Part shown: piece by piece, positions 1 to 9,488 of the stretch | How the letters are laid out: every line of letters starts with the position of its first letter | Position numbering within the stretch: position 1 is the stretch's first letter | Made by a program: the position numbers and the translations under genes | The notes under the pieces: generated by a model | The model's database searches: none | Seen by the model: only the letters and a program-made list of their open reading frames with translations | What the model was told of the DNA's origin: nothing | Source of the DNA: a virus | Length of the DNA: 34,655 nucleotides | Virus record (IMG/VR): IMGVR_UViG_3300045988_136903 | Direction: 5' to 3' (one strand)

Positions 1-99
1 GTTTTTTTTTTAATTTGAACACCAAGAGCATTAGTAACCATTAAGCCACCAACTTGTCTACCTTGTAATGCAGAACTTCCAATATGTTTACCATCTTTA
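1..99. repeat. window-terminal direct repeat, left copy (circular closure overlap)
   Basis: 99/99 identity with 34557-34655, read directly. Confidence 0.95.
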
Positions 100-830
100 A
101 TATCTTCAACAGATGGCTCTTTCTTCCATACTTCATATTTTTGACAAAATCTTTTATCGTAAATAACAAATTCTACATCTTCATCCATTAAATAATTAGC
201 CTTTACAGGCACACCTGCGATTTTACCAATTACTCCTTCTCTAATCAATTCAGCACCAATTGTTGATGAAGTATTAGCAAATACTTTATCAGTTAATAAT
301 AATTTTTCAACATCTGCTGAAATAACAACTCTCATTGAACCAACTTTCATATTTCTTTTCTTCATATTTGTAACTTCTGCAACTATTTTTTCATAGACAT
401 CATTAACTGTTAATGCAGTTGTATCTGTTGAAACAGTACCTGTCATTAAACATTCAATTGCCATTGCCTCTTTTTTCATACCAATAGAATATCCTGCACT
501 TTCAATTCTTTGTGCTTTTAAGTTATCTGGAACTGCATCTGCCTCGTATCCATCAATTAACTCGTTTACACCATAGTCTTTATCAATTGGAAGTGGTAAG
601 AAATCTGTTGCAGATTGTGTTAATTCAATACCATTTTTAATATCATAATCTGAAACTTTTACCTCTCCATTTCTTGTTGGAACATTGATTTGTCCTGTTA
701 CTCCATCTTTTTCGTAATCTTCTGAAAAATCCTCATAAATATTTGTTTCTGCTCTCGCAATTGCTAACACTTCATTAGCATAAGTTTCTTTTCTTTTATG
801 TGTACCATTTGTACCTAATGCATTTGCCAT
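1..830 (-). CDS. major capsid protein, 5' part (continues over the circular junction into 34391..34556)
   Basis: ATG at 830 with GAGAGG RBS; open to the window edge (MANALGTNGTHKRKETYANEV...); lies directly after the scaffold gene; 830+166 nt = 996 nt in one frame through the overlap. Confidence 0.8.
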   Translation of the reverse strand, partial: MANALGTNGTHKRKETYANEVLAIARAETNIYEDFSEDYEKDGVTGQINVPTRNGEVKVSDYDIKNGIELTQSATDFLPLPIDKDYGVNELIDGYEADAVPDNLKAQRIESAGYSIGMKKEAMAIECLMTGTVSTDTTALTVNDVYEKIVAEVTNMKKRNMKVGSMRVVISADVEKLLLTDKVFANTSSTIGAELIREGVIGKIAGVPVKANYLMDEDVEFVIYDKRFCQKYEVWKKEPSVEDIKDGKHIGSSALQGRQVGGLMVTNALGVQIKKK

Positions 831-851
831 AATATATTACCTCTCTTTCAT

Positions 852-1427
852 TTAACTAAATAATTCAGGGTGTTTTTGCTTTAATATTGCTGAAACACCA
901 CTATCTTTTTTATTATTCATATTTCTTACTGATACACCATCAGTATTATTTCTAGGATCATCATTATCACTTTCAGATTTTCCTAAATATTTTGGATTAT
1001 CTTTAAGGAATTGTGTTAAATTTTCCTCAAAATCTCCATCCATTTTTGAAACTGTATATTGAACAAAGTCCTCATAATCTCTTGACACTCCACTTCTTAA
1101 TATGGCTATTGTCTTGTCTTTTTCCTCGACATCGGTTAAGGCTTTTTGATAAGCAGTTTCTTTTTCTGCTGCTTTTTCAGCATCTGTTTTTTTGCTTTCT
1201 TTATATTTCTTAAATTCTTCCATTTCTTCTTTTGATGGAAGTTTAGATTTCATTAAAGCATCTACTGCTTTTTGATAATCCTCTTGTGTTTGAAATACTT
1301 TAAAAGCACCCTCATTTTGTTTTGTAGTTTGAGTATCTACTTTCCCAGTTCCTTCGTTTCCTTCTACTGTTCCATTTTGTTGATTTAATTTTTCATCAAC
1401 TTGATTGTTATTGTTTTCATTGTCCAT
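852..1427 (-). CDS. capsid scaffolding protein (DUF4355-like, acidic and coiled-coil)
   Basis: 191-aa charged helical ORF immediately upstream of the capsid gene. Confidence 0.65.
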   Translation of the reverse strand: MDNENNNNQVDEKLNQQNGTVEGNEGTGKVDTQTTKQNEGAFKVFQTQEDYQKAVDALMKSKLPSKEEMEEFKKYKESKKTDAEKAAEKETAYQKALTDVEEKDKTIAILRSGVSRDYEDFVQYTVSKMDGDFEENLTQFLKDNPKYLGKSESDNDDPRNNTDGVSVRNMNNKKDSGVSAILKQKHPELFS

Positions 1428-1492
1428 TTTTATTACCTCCCGTTTTCGCCCGTCGGCATATTCCCAGTTCTTTAATGTCTACCTGTAAAAGA

Positions 1493-1523
1493 CAATAAAA
1501 AAAGACACCTTTTATGTGTCTTT
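1493..1523 (-). terminator. rho-independent terminator after the small acidic ORF
   Basis: 8-bp stem AAAGACAC/GTGTCTTT (1501-1508/1516-1523) followed by a U-run on the minus strand. Confidence 0.6.
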
Positions 1524-1538
1524 AATTAACTAATTCAT

Positions 1539-1766
1539 TTAATCATTGTAATTGTTTTCTATATCAACTACAATGTCTAGGATATTTTCATATTCTGTTG
1601 CCTTATCAGTAAAGTTTTGTTCCGAATCTAAATTATCCATCATTTTATTATAGACTTTATCCTCAAAATCTTCCAACCTTTCTTTGTTGAAATCTTGTTC
1701 TATGTCTATATGCAATTCTGCAATCAATTCTAATTGCCTTTCATCAAATTTACTTTTTATTTTCAT
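1539..1766 (-). CDS. small acidic protein, candidate immunity partner of the MuF C-terminal domain
   Basis: 75-aa D/E-rich ORF inserted between the MuF and scaffold genes, with its own terminator. Confidence 0.45.
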   Translation of the reverse strand: MKIKSKFDERQLELIAELHIDIEQDFNKERLEDFEDKVYNKMMDNLDSEQNFTDKATEYENILDIVVDIENNYND

Positions 1767-1780
1767 TTTTTATCATCCTT

Positions 1781-3226
1781 TTAATTATTTTTAGGGTACA
1801 CAGTAATCAATTTTCCTGTTTTAGTATTTAATACAACAGTACAATGTGCACCTTTTATTTGTTGGCTATTATCTGTTCTTATTTTACCATAGCCAACAGG
1901 ATTTTTCAATGTATCTTCAACATCTTCAAAACTAACTTTCTTTCCATAAGTTCTTGAAATGATGTGTTCTCCAATTTCTTGTATCTTAACACCATTTACA
2001 TTCATTCCTATAATACCACTATTATTATATTTATTAGCAATTTTAGTTACAACTCCAATTTGTGTACCTATAACCTTTTCTTGTTTTCCAATATATAATC
2101 TAGTATTATCATTTTTTGTTAGTATTTGTTGAACTAAACTGTTTAATTCTTTTTTATGTGAATTATAATATAATGTTCTTCTTGCAAATTCTGTTCTAGT
2201 ATCTTCTAAAAGTTTATTATCATTAGTTGTACTTGTTAAAATTCCCTGTAATCCTGCTAATTCTTTTTTATCCTGTCTTATTTGTCTTTCTAATTGTCTT
2301 TGAATTTGTGTTGCATCATATTTTGACATCTTATTGCCATTATATACAACACTTTCATTTTTTAAATCTTCTAATTCTTGGTCTGTATATGTTCTCGCAG
2401 AACCTTCATAATATGGTCTCCAATCATGATAACAATTTATTCCTTTAAATCCTGTTATTTCTCCATATTCTATATCTTCTAATGATAAATAACCTGCTTT
2501 TCCACTTAAACTAACTACTTTTCCTTGCCATTCTGCATGAGATGGTCTTGCATTTGCATGGGCATCAATCTCCATTAAATCCCATCCCAATTCTTCTGCT
2601 CTCATTTGTTGCAATTTACCACAAGTTTGATTAACTCCTGTAACAATATTCATTCTTACTGCATTTTCAACACTTGTCTTATGTCCTGATGGATATATAA
2701 CAGATGCTCCTTTTTGTGCAACACTATCAACAGCATCAATTATTGCTTGTGAATAACTTTTTACTCCTGTTGAAATTTCCATATATGCTTGATTCATTGC
2801 ATTAAAAAAAGACTCTTGACTAGATGTAGCAGTTGTCATTACTAAATTTTCTAAATTACTATCAGTTTTTCTTACTGTTGCTAATAAAAAATCCATCATT
2901 GATTTATCTTGTTTTATTGCAATAGGATCTAGTCCTGCCATTTTATATATTTTGTCATCATTCTTTATTGTTGTTGCTCCTGCATCTTCAAAAATAGAAC
3001 GAATTTCATCAAATGACTTTCCACTTTCTTTGGCTGCTATTTTTACAATATCATTATAAAGAACTCCCATTTGTTGTGCTATCATAACATCATTTTTAAC
3101 AACTGTATTTGCATATCCTACATTTACAATTCTTTCTGCTATTTCTTGTATAATTTCAAGTTCTAGATTACCATATATATTTATTGCTTGTTTCTCTACT
3201 TGTTTTAAATAATTTGGAGGTAACAT
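1781..3226 (-). CDS. head morphogenesis protein (SPP1 gp7 / Mu F family) with an extra toxin-like C-terminal domain
   Basis: Position after portal; MuF-type motif HAEWQGKVV...GINCYHDWRPY; 65-aa C-terminal tail EHIISRTYGKKVSFEDVEDTL...VVLNTKTGKLITVYP resembles DUF4258/BrnT-like toxins. Confidence 0.7.
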   Translation of the reverse strand: MLPPNYLKQVEKQAINIYGNLELEIIQEIAERIVNVGYANTVVKNDVMIAQQMGVLYNDIVKIAAKESGKSFDEIRSIFEDAGATTIKNDDKIYKMAGLDPIAIKQDKSMMDFLLATVRKTDSNLENLVMTTATSSQESFFNAMNQAYMEISTGVKSYSQAIIDAVDSVAQKGASVIYPSGHKTSVENAVRMNIVTGVNQTCGKLQQMRAEELGWDLMEIDAHANARPSHAEWQGKVVSLSGKAGYLSLEDIEYGEITGFKGINCYHDWRPYYEGSARTYTDQELEDLKNESVVYNGNKMSKYDATQIQRQLERQIRQDKKELAGLQGILTSTTNDNKLLEDTRTEFARRTLYYNSHKKELNSLVQQILTKNDNTRLYIGKQEKVIGTQIGVVTKIANKYNNSGIIGMNVNGVKIQEIGEHIISRTYGKKVSFEDVEDTLKNPVGYGKIRTDNSQQIKGAHCTVVLNTKTGKLITVYPKNN

Positions 3227-3229
3227 TTA

Positions 3230-4765
3230 TTATTCCTCCTTTTCTTCTTCTTTCTTACTATTTACTTTTTCCTTTTTTTCTTCCTTTTCATCTTTCTTTT
3301 CTGCATTTGTATCATCCGGAGTTCTTTCAGTAGGAAAACCAAACATTTCCTGATTTGTCATTTTTTCATCAGCAATTGTTTGTAATTCTTTTTCTGCTTG
3401 TTCCTCTGTCATACCCTCATATTTCATTAAGTATGATTTTTTACTTTTTAATCCCTGTTGAACTTCCATCAATGCTAGTGTTTTTTCTGCATTTTTATCT
3501 TCAATTATAGAATCATCAGGAGTTATTGATATATCTGTTGTTTTTATTCCCTCAATATGACATATTGCTCTAACTAAATCATAAACAACATCATTAACAT
3601 TTATTAAATGATGTGCTCTTGTTCTAAATGCCTCACTATTTTCAGACATAACCTCCGTTGCAGTTTTTGTTGAAACTCCATCAAATTTATAAAAATTATT
3701 TCCTAATCCTACATTTGAAGATAACCAATTCAAATCTGCATTTATAGAATCAATGTGTTCTTGTGCTCTTAATTTAAAATCAATCTCTTTTGCAGGTTGT
3801 TTTTCCATTCCCTCTACTGCAACATATACTGTATCATTTTTATCAAAGTATTGAACATAGTCAATAGTTCCATCTTCATTAGGAATTGCTTTTGCTTTCA
3901 AACTAGAATTATCAACTAATATTCTTTTCTTTCCTAAAATAAATTCATTCATAAAAGAGTCATATTTAACATCTATTGACTTAAACCTATCAATAGAATT
4001 AGCACATATAGATATCCCCAAAGGACTTGCCATATCCAAATTATTTGCTAAATTTGGTTTTATTATTTGGAAATAAGGAACATCTGTCTCAATCTCTGAA
4101 CTCTTTTTTACATCAGGAAATTCAACATTAAAATCAATTTCTTTTCCTAATTCATCCTCTGTTTTTGAAACATATAATTCATTATTCTTTTTATATATTC
4201 CATTTTCATATTCATGATATGTAATATGTGTAAAATATTTTACTTTTCCTTTTTTCCCTTTTGCATCTGCATCAATTTCTGAATATCTAGAAATAGTTAT
4301 AATTCCATAAACATACGAATTCGTATATTTATATGGTATAATCAAATCTCCTGTAACATAATCAATAGTTGTTAATCCATTTTCTTTATATTCTATCAAT
4401 GCACCATTTCCCAAAGCACATATTTGCTCCAAAAATATTGGAAAATTTGTTGTAAAATTATTTACTTTATTATCTAAAACTGCCCATAATTTCTTTGTAG
4501 CATTTAATGAACTTAATTTAATCTGTGTTTTTTCTGTCCATAATAATTTTGCCATATCTTCACACAATTTTTTAAACATATTCATTGTTAATCTTTCACA
4601 TTCAACAGTTTGTCCATTTGCTAATTTTGCATTGTAATGGTGGAAATCTGCAACATCTCCGGCATACCATTCTTTCCATATTTCCATATAATCGTAAATA
4701 TCTCCAACTGCTAAATGTATATTTCTTTTATTTAAAACATCTGAAATATTATTATATAGATCCAT
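3230..4765 (-). CDS. portal protein
   Basis: 511 aa, between TerL and MuF; acidic C-terminal tail. Confidence 0.75.
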   Translation of the reverse strand: MDLYNNISDVLNKRNIHLAVGDIYDYMEIWKEWYAGDVADFHHYNAKLANGQTVECERLTMNMFKKLCEDMAKLLWTEKTQIKLSSLNATKKLWAVLDNKVNNFTTNFPIFLEQICALGNGALIEYKENGLTTIDYVTGDLIIPYKYTNSYVYGIITISRYSEIDADAKGKKGKVKYFTHITYHEYENGIYKKNNELYVSKTEDELGKEIDFNVEFPDVKKSSEIETDVPYFQIIKPNLANNLDMASPLGISICANSIDRFKSIDVKYDSFMNEFILGKKRILVDNSSLKAKAIPNEDGTIDYVQYFDKNDTVYVAVEGMEKQPAKEIDFKLRAQEHIDSINADLNWLSSNVGLGNNFYKFDGVSTKTATEVMSENSEAFRTRAHHLINVNDVVYDLVRAICHIEGIKTTDISITPDDSIIEDKNAEKTLALMEVQQGLKSKKSYLMKYEGMTEEQAEKELQTIADEKMTNQEMFGFPTERTPDDTNAEKKDEKEEKKEKVNSKKEEEKEE

Positions 4766-4780
4766 TTTTTTACTCCTTTA

Positions 4781-6154
4781 CTAATATTTTAATCCTAATT
4801 TAACTAAATTATCTTTAACCCAATATTGAAATTCATCTTGTGTATGGTCTGCATAAGTATAAGCATAAGTTTGCGAATGAGAATTATAATACCTCTCATC
4901 AGAAGGAAAATCCTTTTCTGTTTTGTCAGGTATCGGTTTCCCTTTTTCAACTGTTTTTGGTAACCATTGATAATTTTCATTTTCTTTTTTAAAAATCCTA
5001 TTGTTACCATTATCAATTACTCTAAATTTTTTAGCAGCAATAAAATCTTGCGAATAATCAATCAATTTTTCTTTGTCTGTTCCTTTATCAACTGGATTTA
5101 ATCGTGTTCCAAAATCTTTATAATATTGATTTCTTAATGCTCCCTCTGCTGAATCTATTGTTTCTCTATCTGTCATTGCTTTATATTTTTGTGTCATTGC
5201 TCTTTTAAAATTAAATAAATCTCTACTCAATTCACTAGGAGCCTTTTTAATAGGTTTTTCATTTGGAGAATAGTAATATGTATCTAATAAATAAAAATAA
5301 CCATCATTTCCTAATCCATAACATCCACATGCAGTAGCAGATGTTTGGTGTCCGGAGTCAATGGCAAAATCTAAATACAGAATTTTTATATTGTTTTTTT
5401 CAATATAATCTTCTGAAACATATTCAATTAAATCAGGATTATATATTAACCCTTCCAATCCAATTACTTGACCTAACCAAATCCAATTGTACCTTTTTTC
5501 ATCATTTTTTCTTAAATTTTCAGCCTGTTTTATTGCTATAATACCAACCCATTCAGGATTTACTGTTCTATAATCACTATGATTTACCAAATAATCTTTA
5601 TCTTTTTTCTTTTTTTCTACCCATTGATTTACCCAATCAAATTTATTTTTTGGTGGATTAAATGAATAAAGAGCCATAAACCAATCGTTATTACCTCTTG
5701 TAAATGTTGCTTTTATTTGTTCAATTGTTTCTTCATCTTTAAAATTGGTTAACTCCTCAAACCAAATAATCTTAATTAGTTTTTTCTCATCAATAGTTCC
5801 TTTTATTGTTTCAAAATCCTCTCCACCGGCAAAGTATATTTTGTTATCATTTTTTAATAGTGTAATTTCCATTGGAGATAGAGTTGCCTTATAATCTATT
5901 CCCTCAATTAGTCCTAATCTTCGGCAAGCCCTTTTGATTTCTCTAAATACTGACTTTCTTAAATCTACTTGATGATTTCTTAATATTACCGCAGAACAAT
6001 TATCTTCATTCAAACAATTATAAACAACTTTTATTGCTATCATTGATGTTTTTGTGGAATTTCTTCCACCTTCATATATTTGATTTGTTTTTCTTGAATT
6101 GAAAGTATTTATAAAATGCGGTGCAATAATATCTCTAATCTGTACTTGGCTCAT
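4781..6154 (-). CDS. terminase large subunit
   Basis: Walker-A-like GGRNSTKTS near the N-terminus; size and position; likely ATG at 6154 (the ORF is open to 6193). Confidence 0.8.
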   Translation of the reverse strand: MSQVQIRDIIAPHFINTFNSRKTNQIYEGGRNSTKTSMIAIKVVYNCLNEDNCSAVILRNHQVDLRKSVFREIKRACRRLGLIEGIDYKATLSPMEITLLKNDNKIYFAGGEDFETIKGTIDEKKLIKIIWFEELTNFKDEETIEQIKATFTRGNNDWFMALYSFNPPKNKFDWVNQWVEKKKKDKDYLVNHSDYRTVNPEWVGIIAIKQAENLRKNDEKRYNWIWLGQVIGLEGLIYNPDLIEYVSEDYIEKNNIKILYLDFAIDSGHQTSATACGCYGLGNDGYFYLLDTYYYSPNEKPIKKAPSELSRDLFNFKRAMTQKYKAMTDRETIDSAEGALRNQYYKDFGTRLNPVDKGTDKEKLIDYSQDFIAAKKFRVIDNGNNRIFKKENENYQWLPKTVEKGKPIPDKTEKDFPSDERYYNSHSQTYAYTYADHTQDEFQYWVKDNLVKLGLKY

Positions 6155-6794
6155 TTTCTTCAACTTCCTCATCATCTGGGTTAGGTAAATCATTTATAAT
6201 AACAACTCTATCAGTTGCTGATTGTGGATTATCATTATTTTTAGATTGAACATAACTAAATTTTTCATTTTCAATTTCTATTTTATGTAATGAATCTATT
6301 GCCCTTCTTTTTGCCTCTTGTATTTTAGTTAATGCTTTTTCTAATCTTTCAATTAAGAATAAGGTATGTTCTGCCTCTGTTGATGTGGTAATATATTTTG
6401 ACAATCTAACAACAGTTAAATCTTTTCCTTTATCTTTTAATTGTTTTATTTCTTTAAACATTCGCATTTCCCTAATTTCTAGATATTTTATTTCTTTTTC
6501 CAATTCTTCCTTTTTTGTTTTTAATGGCTGTTTTAAATATTCCAATTCTTCTTTATCAAAACATCCCTCTAAATTAGAATATGCTCCTGTTACAAGTGCA
6601 TTTTTATTTCCTATTGTCCCATGTCCACCTTTATTACCTTTTTTTCCTTTCCTTTTTCTTCTTTTCCACTTATTTTTAACTATTTGATAATTTAATTGTC
6701 CTATCGTGATATGGTGTTTTGTGATTATTTCTTGTTTAGGCATTCCTGAATTATAATCTTTCTTTAACTCTTTAATATTCACATGAACCACCAC
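6135..6794 (-). CDS. terminase small subunit
   Basis: N-terminal HTH-like segment and GNKNALVTGAYS motif typical of TerS; overlaps the TerL start. Confidence 0.65.
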   Translation of the reverse strand: MVVHVNIKELKKDYNSGMPKQEIITKHHITIGQLNYQIVKNKWKRRKRKGKKGNKGGHGTIGNKNALVTGAYSNLEGCFDKEELEYLKQPLKTKKEELEKEIKYLEIREMRMFKEIKQLKDKGKDLTVVRLSKYITTSTEAEHTLFLIERLEKALTKIQEAKRRAIDSLHKIEIENEKFSYVQSKNNDNPQSATDRVVIINDLPNPDDEEVEENEPSTD

Positions 6795-6804
6795 ATCCTT
6801 TCCT

Positions 6805-8058
6805 TTAATCTATCAATTCGGCTTTTTCCCCTGTTAGTTTTTCCCATCTTTTTATAATAACATCACAATATTGCGGGTCTAACTCCATCATATAACATCT
6901 TCTTTGCATTTGTTCTGCTGCAATCAATGTTGTACCTGAACCACCGAAACAATCTACAACAACATCATTTTTATCAGTTGTTAATTCAATTGCTCTTGCA
7001 GGTAGTTCAACAGGAAAACAAGCCTTATGATTATCTAATTGAGTGTTGCCTGTTCCAATTCTCCAATAATTCGTAATACCTTTCCCTTTTTTCTTGTTAA
7101 AATATCCTCTTTGTTCTGTTGTACCCAAATAATAAAGTTCCATATCATTTGAAATACTTGCATCATCTCCTAACATCAAAATATCTTCATATTGTCTTGT
7201 TAGCATATCTTTTGAAACAATGGGCATTCCATGTCCTTTATCCCAAACAATCAATTCCATATATCTTAATCCTGACTCTTTTATCATTCTATATAGAATT
7301 TCAATAAACTCCCATCTAGTATTTTTGTTGTAACTAATATTCCAAAATAAATAACCTTTTAAATGTTCAATCCATGTCATTACAACATTGATATTAAAGT
7401 CTATATATTTTTTGCTTTCCAAATTATCTGTATAATTTTCATATAAATTTGCTCCCATATTGTATGGAGGGGATGTAAATAAGCATTTTATTTTTTCTCC
7501 ATTTAATAATCGTTTTACATCATCTCTATTTGTGCTATCTCCACACATTAACCTATTATTTCCTAATTTCCATATATCGCCCATTTTAGTAATAGGTTTT
7601 TTCTCAACTTCTTTCAATGCCTCTTTAACATCAAAATTATCATCTTGGATTTCCTCATTATTTTTTAATAAATCCGTAATTTCTTCTTCTGTAAATCCTG
7701 TTGCAAATAATTCTTCATCAGATAAATTTAATTCTTCAAATAATTCTTCTAATTTAGTTTCATCCCATAATCCTGAATTTTTATTTAATGATAAATTTAA
7801 TCTTTTTTCTTGTTTTTCTGTTAATTCTAATAATACACAATCGGCATCTTTCATTCCCAAATCTTTTAAAATATTGTATCTTTGATGCCCTCCTATAATT
7901 GTCATTGTTTTACTATTTACTATTATTGGATCAACTAATCCAAACTCTTGAATACTTGCTTTTATTCTTTGGTATCTTTCATCTTCCTTTTGTAATTCTA
8001 CTCTTGGATTGTATTTTGCCGGATTTAATTTCTCCAGACTTATTTTTTCTATTTTCAT
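6805..8058 (-). CDS. ParB-like nuclease domain fused to an N4-C/N6-A DNA methyltransferase
   Basis: N-terminal LNPAKYNPR...GGHQR (ParB N domain); FTSPPY catalytic motif; C-terminal FGGSGTT AdoMet motif; ATG 8058 with AGAAAGGA RBS. Confidence 0.8.
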   Translation of the reverse strand: MKIEKISLEKLNPAKYNPRVELQKEDERYQRIKASIQEFGLVDPIIVNSKTMTIIGGHQRYNILKDLGMKDADCVLLELTEKQEKRLNLSLNKNSGLWDETKLEELFEELNLSDEELFATGFTEEEITDLLKNNEEIQDDNFDVKEALKEVEKKPITKMGDIWKLGNNRLMCGDSTNRDDVKRLLNGEKIKCLFTSPPYNMGANLYENYTDNLESKKYIDFNINVVMTWIEHLKGYLFWNISYNKNTRWEFIEILYRMIKESGLRYMELIVWDKGHGMPIVSKDMLTRQYEDILMLGDDASISNDMELYYLGTTEQRGYFNKKKGKGITNYWRIGTGNTQLDNHKACFPVELPARAIELTTDKNDVVVDCFGGSGTTLIAAEQMQRRCYMMELDPQYCDVIIKRWEKLTGEKAELID

Positions 8059-8078
8059 GGCACTATCCTTTCTAATAT

Positions 8079-8116
8079 AAAAAATAAACCTACTTGTTTT
8101 TACTACAAATAGGTTT
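8079..8116 (-). terminator. intrinsic terminator in the leader of the late operon / end of the early operon
   Basis: 11-bp stem (8086-8096/8106-8116, one G-U pair), 9-nt loop, then a U6 run on the minus strand. Confidence 0.65.
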
Positions 8117-8192
8117 ATTTGGAAGAATTGATTATGCAACCAAAGGCATTACATTTTTAGTTTTCATCACACTATCATTTTAATTTATTGAT

Positions 8193-8221
8193 ATTATACA
8201 GTCAAGGACATTTTTTGGACA
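8193..8221 (-). promoter_or_regulatory. candidate late promoter (-10 TATAAT, weak -35) with two ATGTCC direct repeats
   Basis: Minus strand reads TTAATGTCCAAAAAATGTCCTTGACTGTATAAT; -10 at 8193-8198; repeats spaced 11 bp over the -35 region. Confidence 0.45.
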
Positions 8222-8821
8222 TTAAGATAAATCCAATCCATCTATTCCAAAAATTAAAACCGACAGTTCCTCAATAGCCTTCTTTCTATCTCTATTTACT
8301 GTTTTTTGACTAATATGTTCAATTTCTGCAATTTCTTCATAAGTCATTGGTGTTTCATTTATGTATAAATCAGATATAACATTATACCTTCTAATCATTT
8401 CTTGATTATTTGTTTTTATTGCTTTCGCTTGAAAAAAGTCTAAACAAAGGTTAATATGGTCCAATATTATTCTCGTTTTTTCTTTACTCTTTAATATACT
8501 TGCTACAATATAAGCATCATCTTGTAAATTATAGAAATCATCAAATAATTGTACTTTTAAATTGTCCTTTTCTATTTCTTTTTTTATAGGATTTTCCACA
8601 AGATATTTAGCATTATCACAATGCTCAACAAAAGACCTATAATTCTTCAATAATAATCTTGTATTTCTCAATCTTTTATCATATCTAAATTTTGTTTTGT
8701 TTTTTTGCATATTATCATATTGTTTTAATCCTTTTTGAATACCTTCGTTAACACCTGATTCAATCATTTTTTCTATAAGAAATAATATATCGTTATCAAT
8801 CTCAATCTTTTTTTCACTCAC
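8222..8821 (-). CDS. late transcriptional regulator, ArpU/RinA-like (sigma-70 region-4-like HTH)
   Basis: C-terminal MTYEEIAEIEHISQKTVNRDRKKAIEEL; last gene before the packaging genes; GTG 8821 with AGGAGG RBS (the ORF is open to 8857). Confidence 0.55.
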   Translation of the reverse strand: MSEKKIEIDNDILFLIEKMIESGVNEGIQKGLKQYDNMQKNKTKFRYDKRLRNTRLLLKNYRSFVEHCDNAKYLVENPIKKEIEKDNLKVQLFDDFYNLQDDAYIVASILKSKEKTRIILDHINLCLDFFQAKAIKTNNQEMIRRYNVISDLYINETPMTYEEIAEIEHISQKTVNRDRKKAIEELSVLIFGIDGLDLS

Positions 8822-8878
8822 TATTTCCCTCCTCCTCATTTGTGCTTTAAACTGCACAACATCAACAAAACATAAATA

Positions 8879-9052
8879 TTATTCTATTATTTTATTTTGC
8901 TCTAATTCTTTATCTATAAAATCAATACTATTTTGTAATGATTTTTCTTGTATTTTTAATAAATCCAATGCATGTTGTAATCCCTCTCTTTGTCCAATTA
9001 GTTGACTTCTAAATGTATATACATCAATTTCGTTTGATAATTTCTGTGCCAT
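8879..9052 (-). CDS. hypothetical coiled-coil protein
   Basis: ORF with AAGGGAG RBS 9 nt before ATG 9052. Confidence 0.5.
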   Translation of the reverse strand: MAQKLSNEIDVYTFRSQLIGQREGLQHALDLLKIQEKSLQNSIDFIDKELEQNKIIE

Positions 9053-9185
9053 TCTCAACATCTCCCTTCTCAATTTTTGTAATTGTTCTATGTGCTTTTA
9101 TATATTGGTCACAACCTATGATTTTTTCATCTGCTCGTTTGCAGTTAAGGAAATATCCACAATCTAAACATATATTTCTAGCCAC
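9024..9185 (-). CDS. hypothetical Cys-rich small protein
   Basis: GTG 9185 with AGGAGG RBS; CLDCGYFLNC...GC motif. Confidence 0.45.
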   Translation of the reverse strand: MARNICLDCGYFLNCKRADEKIIGCDQYIKAHRTITKIEKGDVENGTEIIKRN

Positions 9186-9198
9186 AATTATTTTCCTC

Positions 9199-9366
9199 CT
9201 ATATTTCTTGAATAAAGACACAATCATCTTCTGTTCCTTTTATTTCATAAATTTTATCTATTCCTCTGCCTGAATCTAATATTGGGTTTTCATCACAATA
9301 TAATATTACTACTTGTTTTTCCTTATCAAATTCTGATAATTTTTCTATCAATTCCTTAACTTTCAT
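9199..9366 (-). CDS. hypothetical 55-aa protein (below the ORF-track cutoff)
   Basis: ATG 9366 with AAGGAGGG RBS; translation MKVKELIEKLSEFDKEKQVVILYCDEN... Confidence 0.5.
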   Translation of the reverse strand: MKVKELIEKLSEFDKEKQVVILYCDENPILDSGRGIDKIYEIKGTEDDCVFIQEI

Positions 9367-9483
9367 TATTTATTTTCCCTCCTTATTTTGCTTTATACTT
9401 TGTTGGATTGCATATACTATCAATGCAACAAATTCAACTCCTATTGTGGCTAATACACCACACCAAAATTCACTAATATACAT
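9367..9483 (-). CDS. hypothetical 38-aa single-TM peptide
   Basis: ATG 9483 with GGAGGGG RBS; MYISEFWCGVLATIGVEFVALIVYAIQQ... Confidence 0.4.
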
Positions 9484-9488
9484 AATAG

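Noticed and set aside
1-99. Terminal repeat as a genuine phage DTR or cos end
   Set aside because: It lies inside the capsid coding sequence and is exactly 99 bp, which is more consistent with an assembly closure overlap. Read-terminus data would be needed to be sure.
7460-7885. Plus-strand ORFs antisense to long minus-strand genes (for example 7460..7885, 29806..30060, 30142..30414, 19592..19957, 13783..14073)
   Set aside because: Their translations are low-complexity (F/L/S/I-rich or P/N-rich), they lack RBSs, and they lie fully inside well-supported genes on the other strand.
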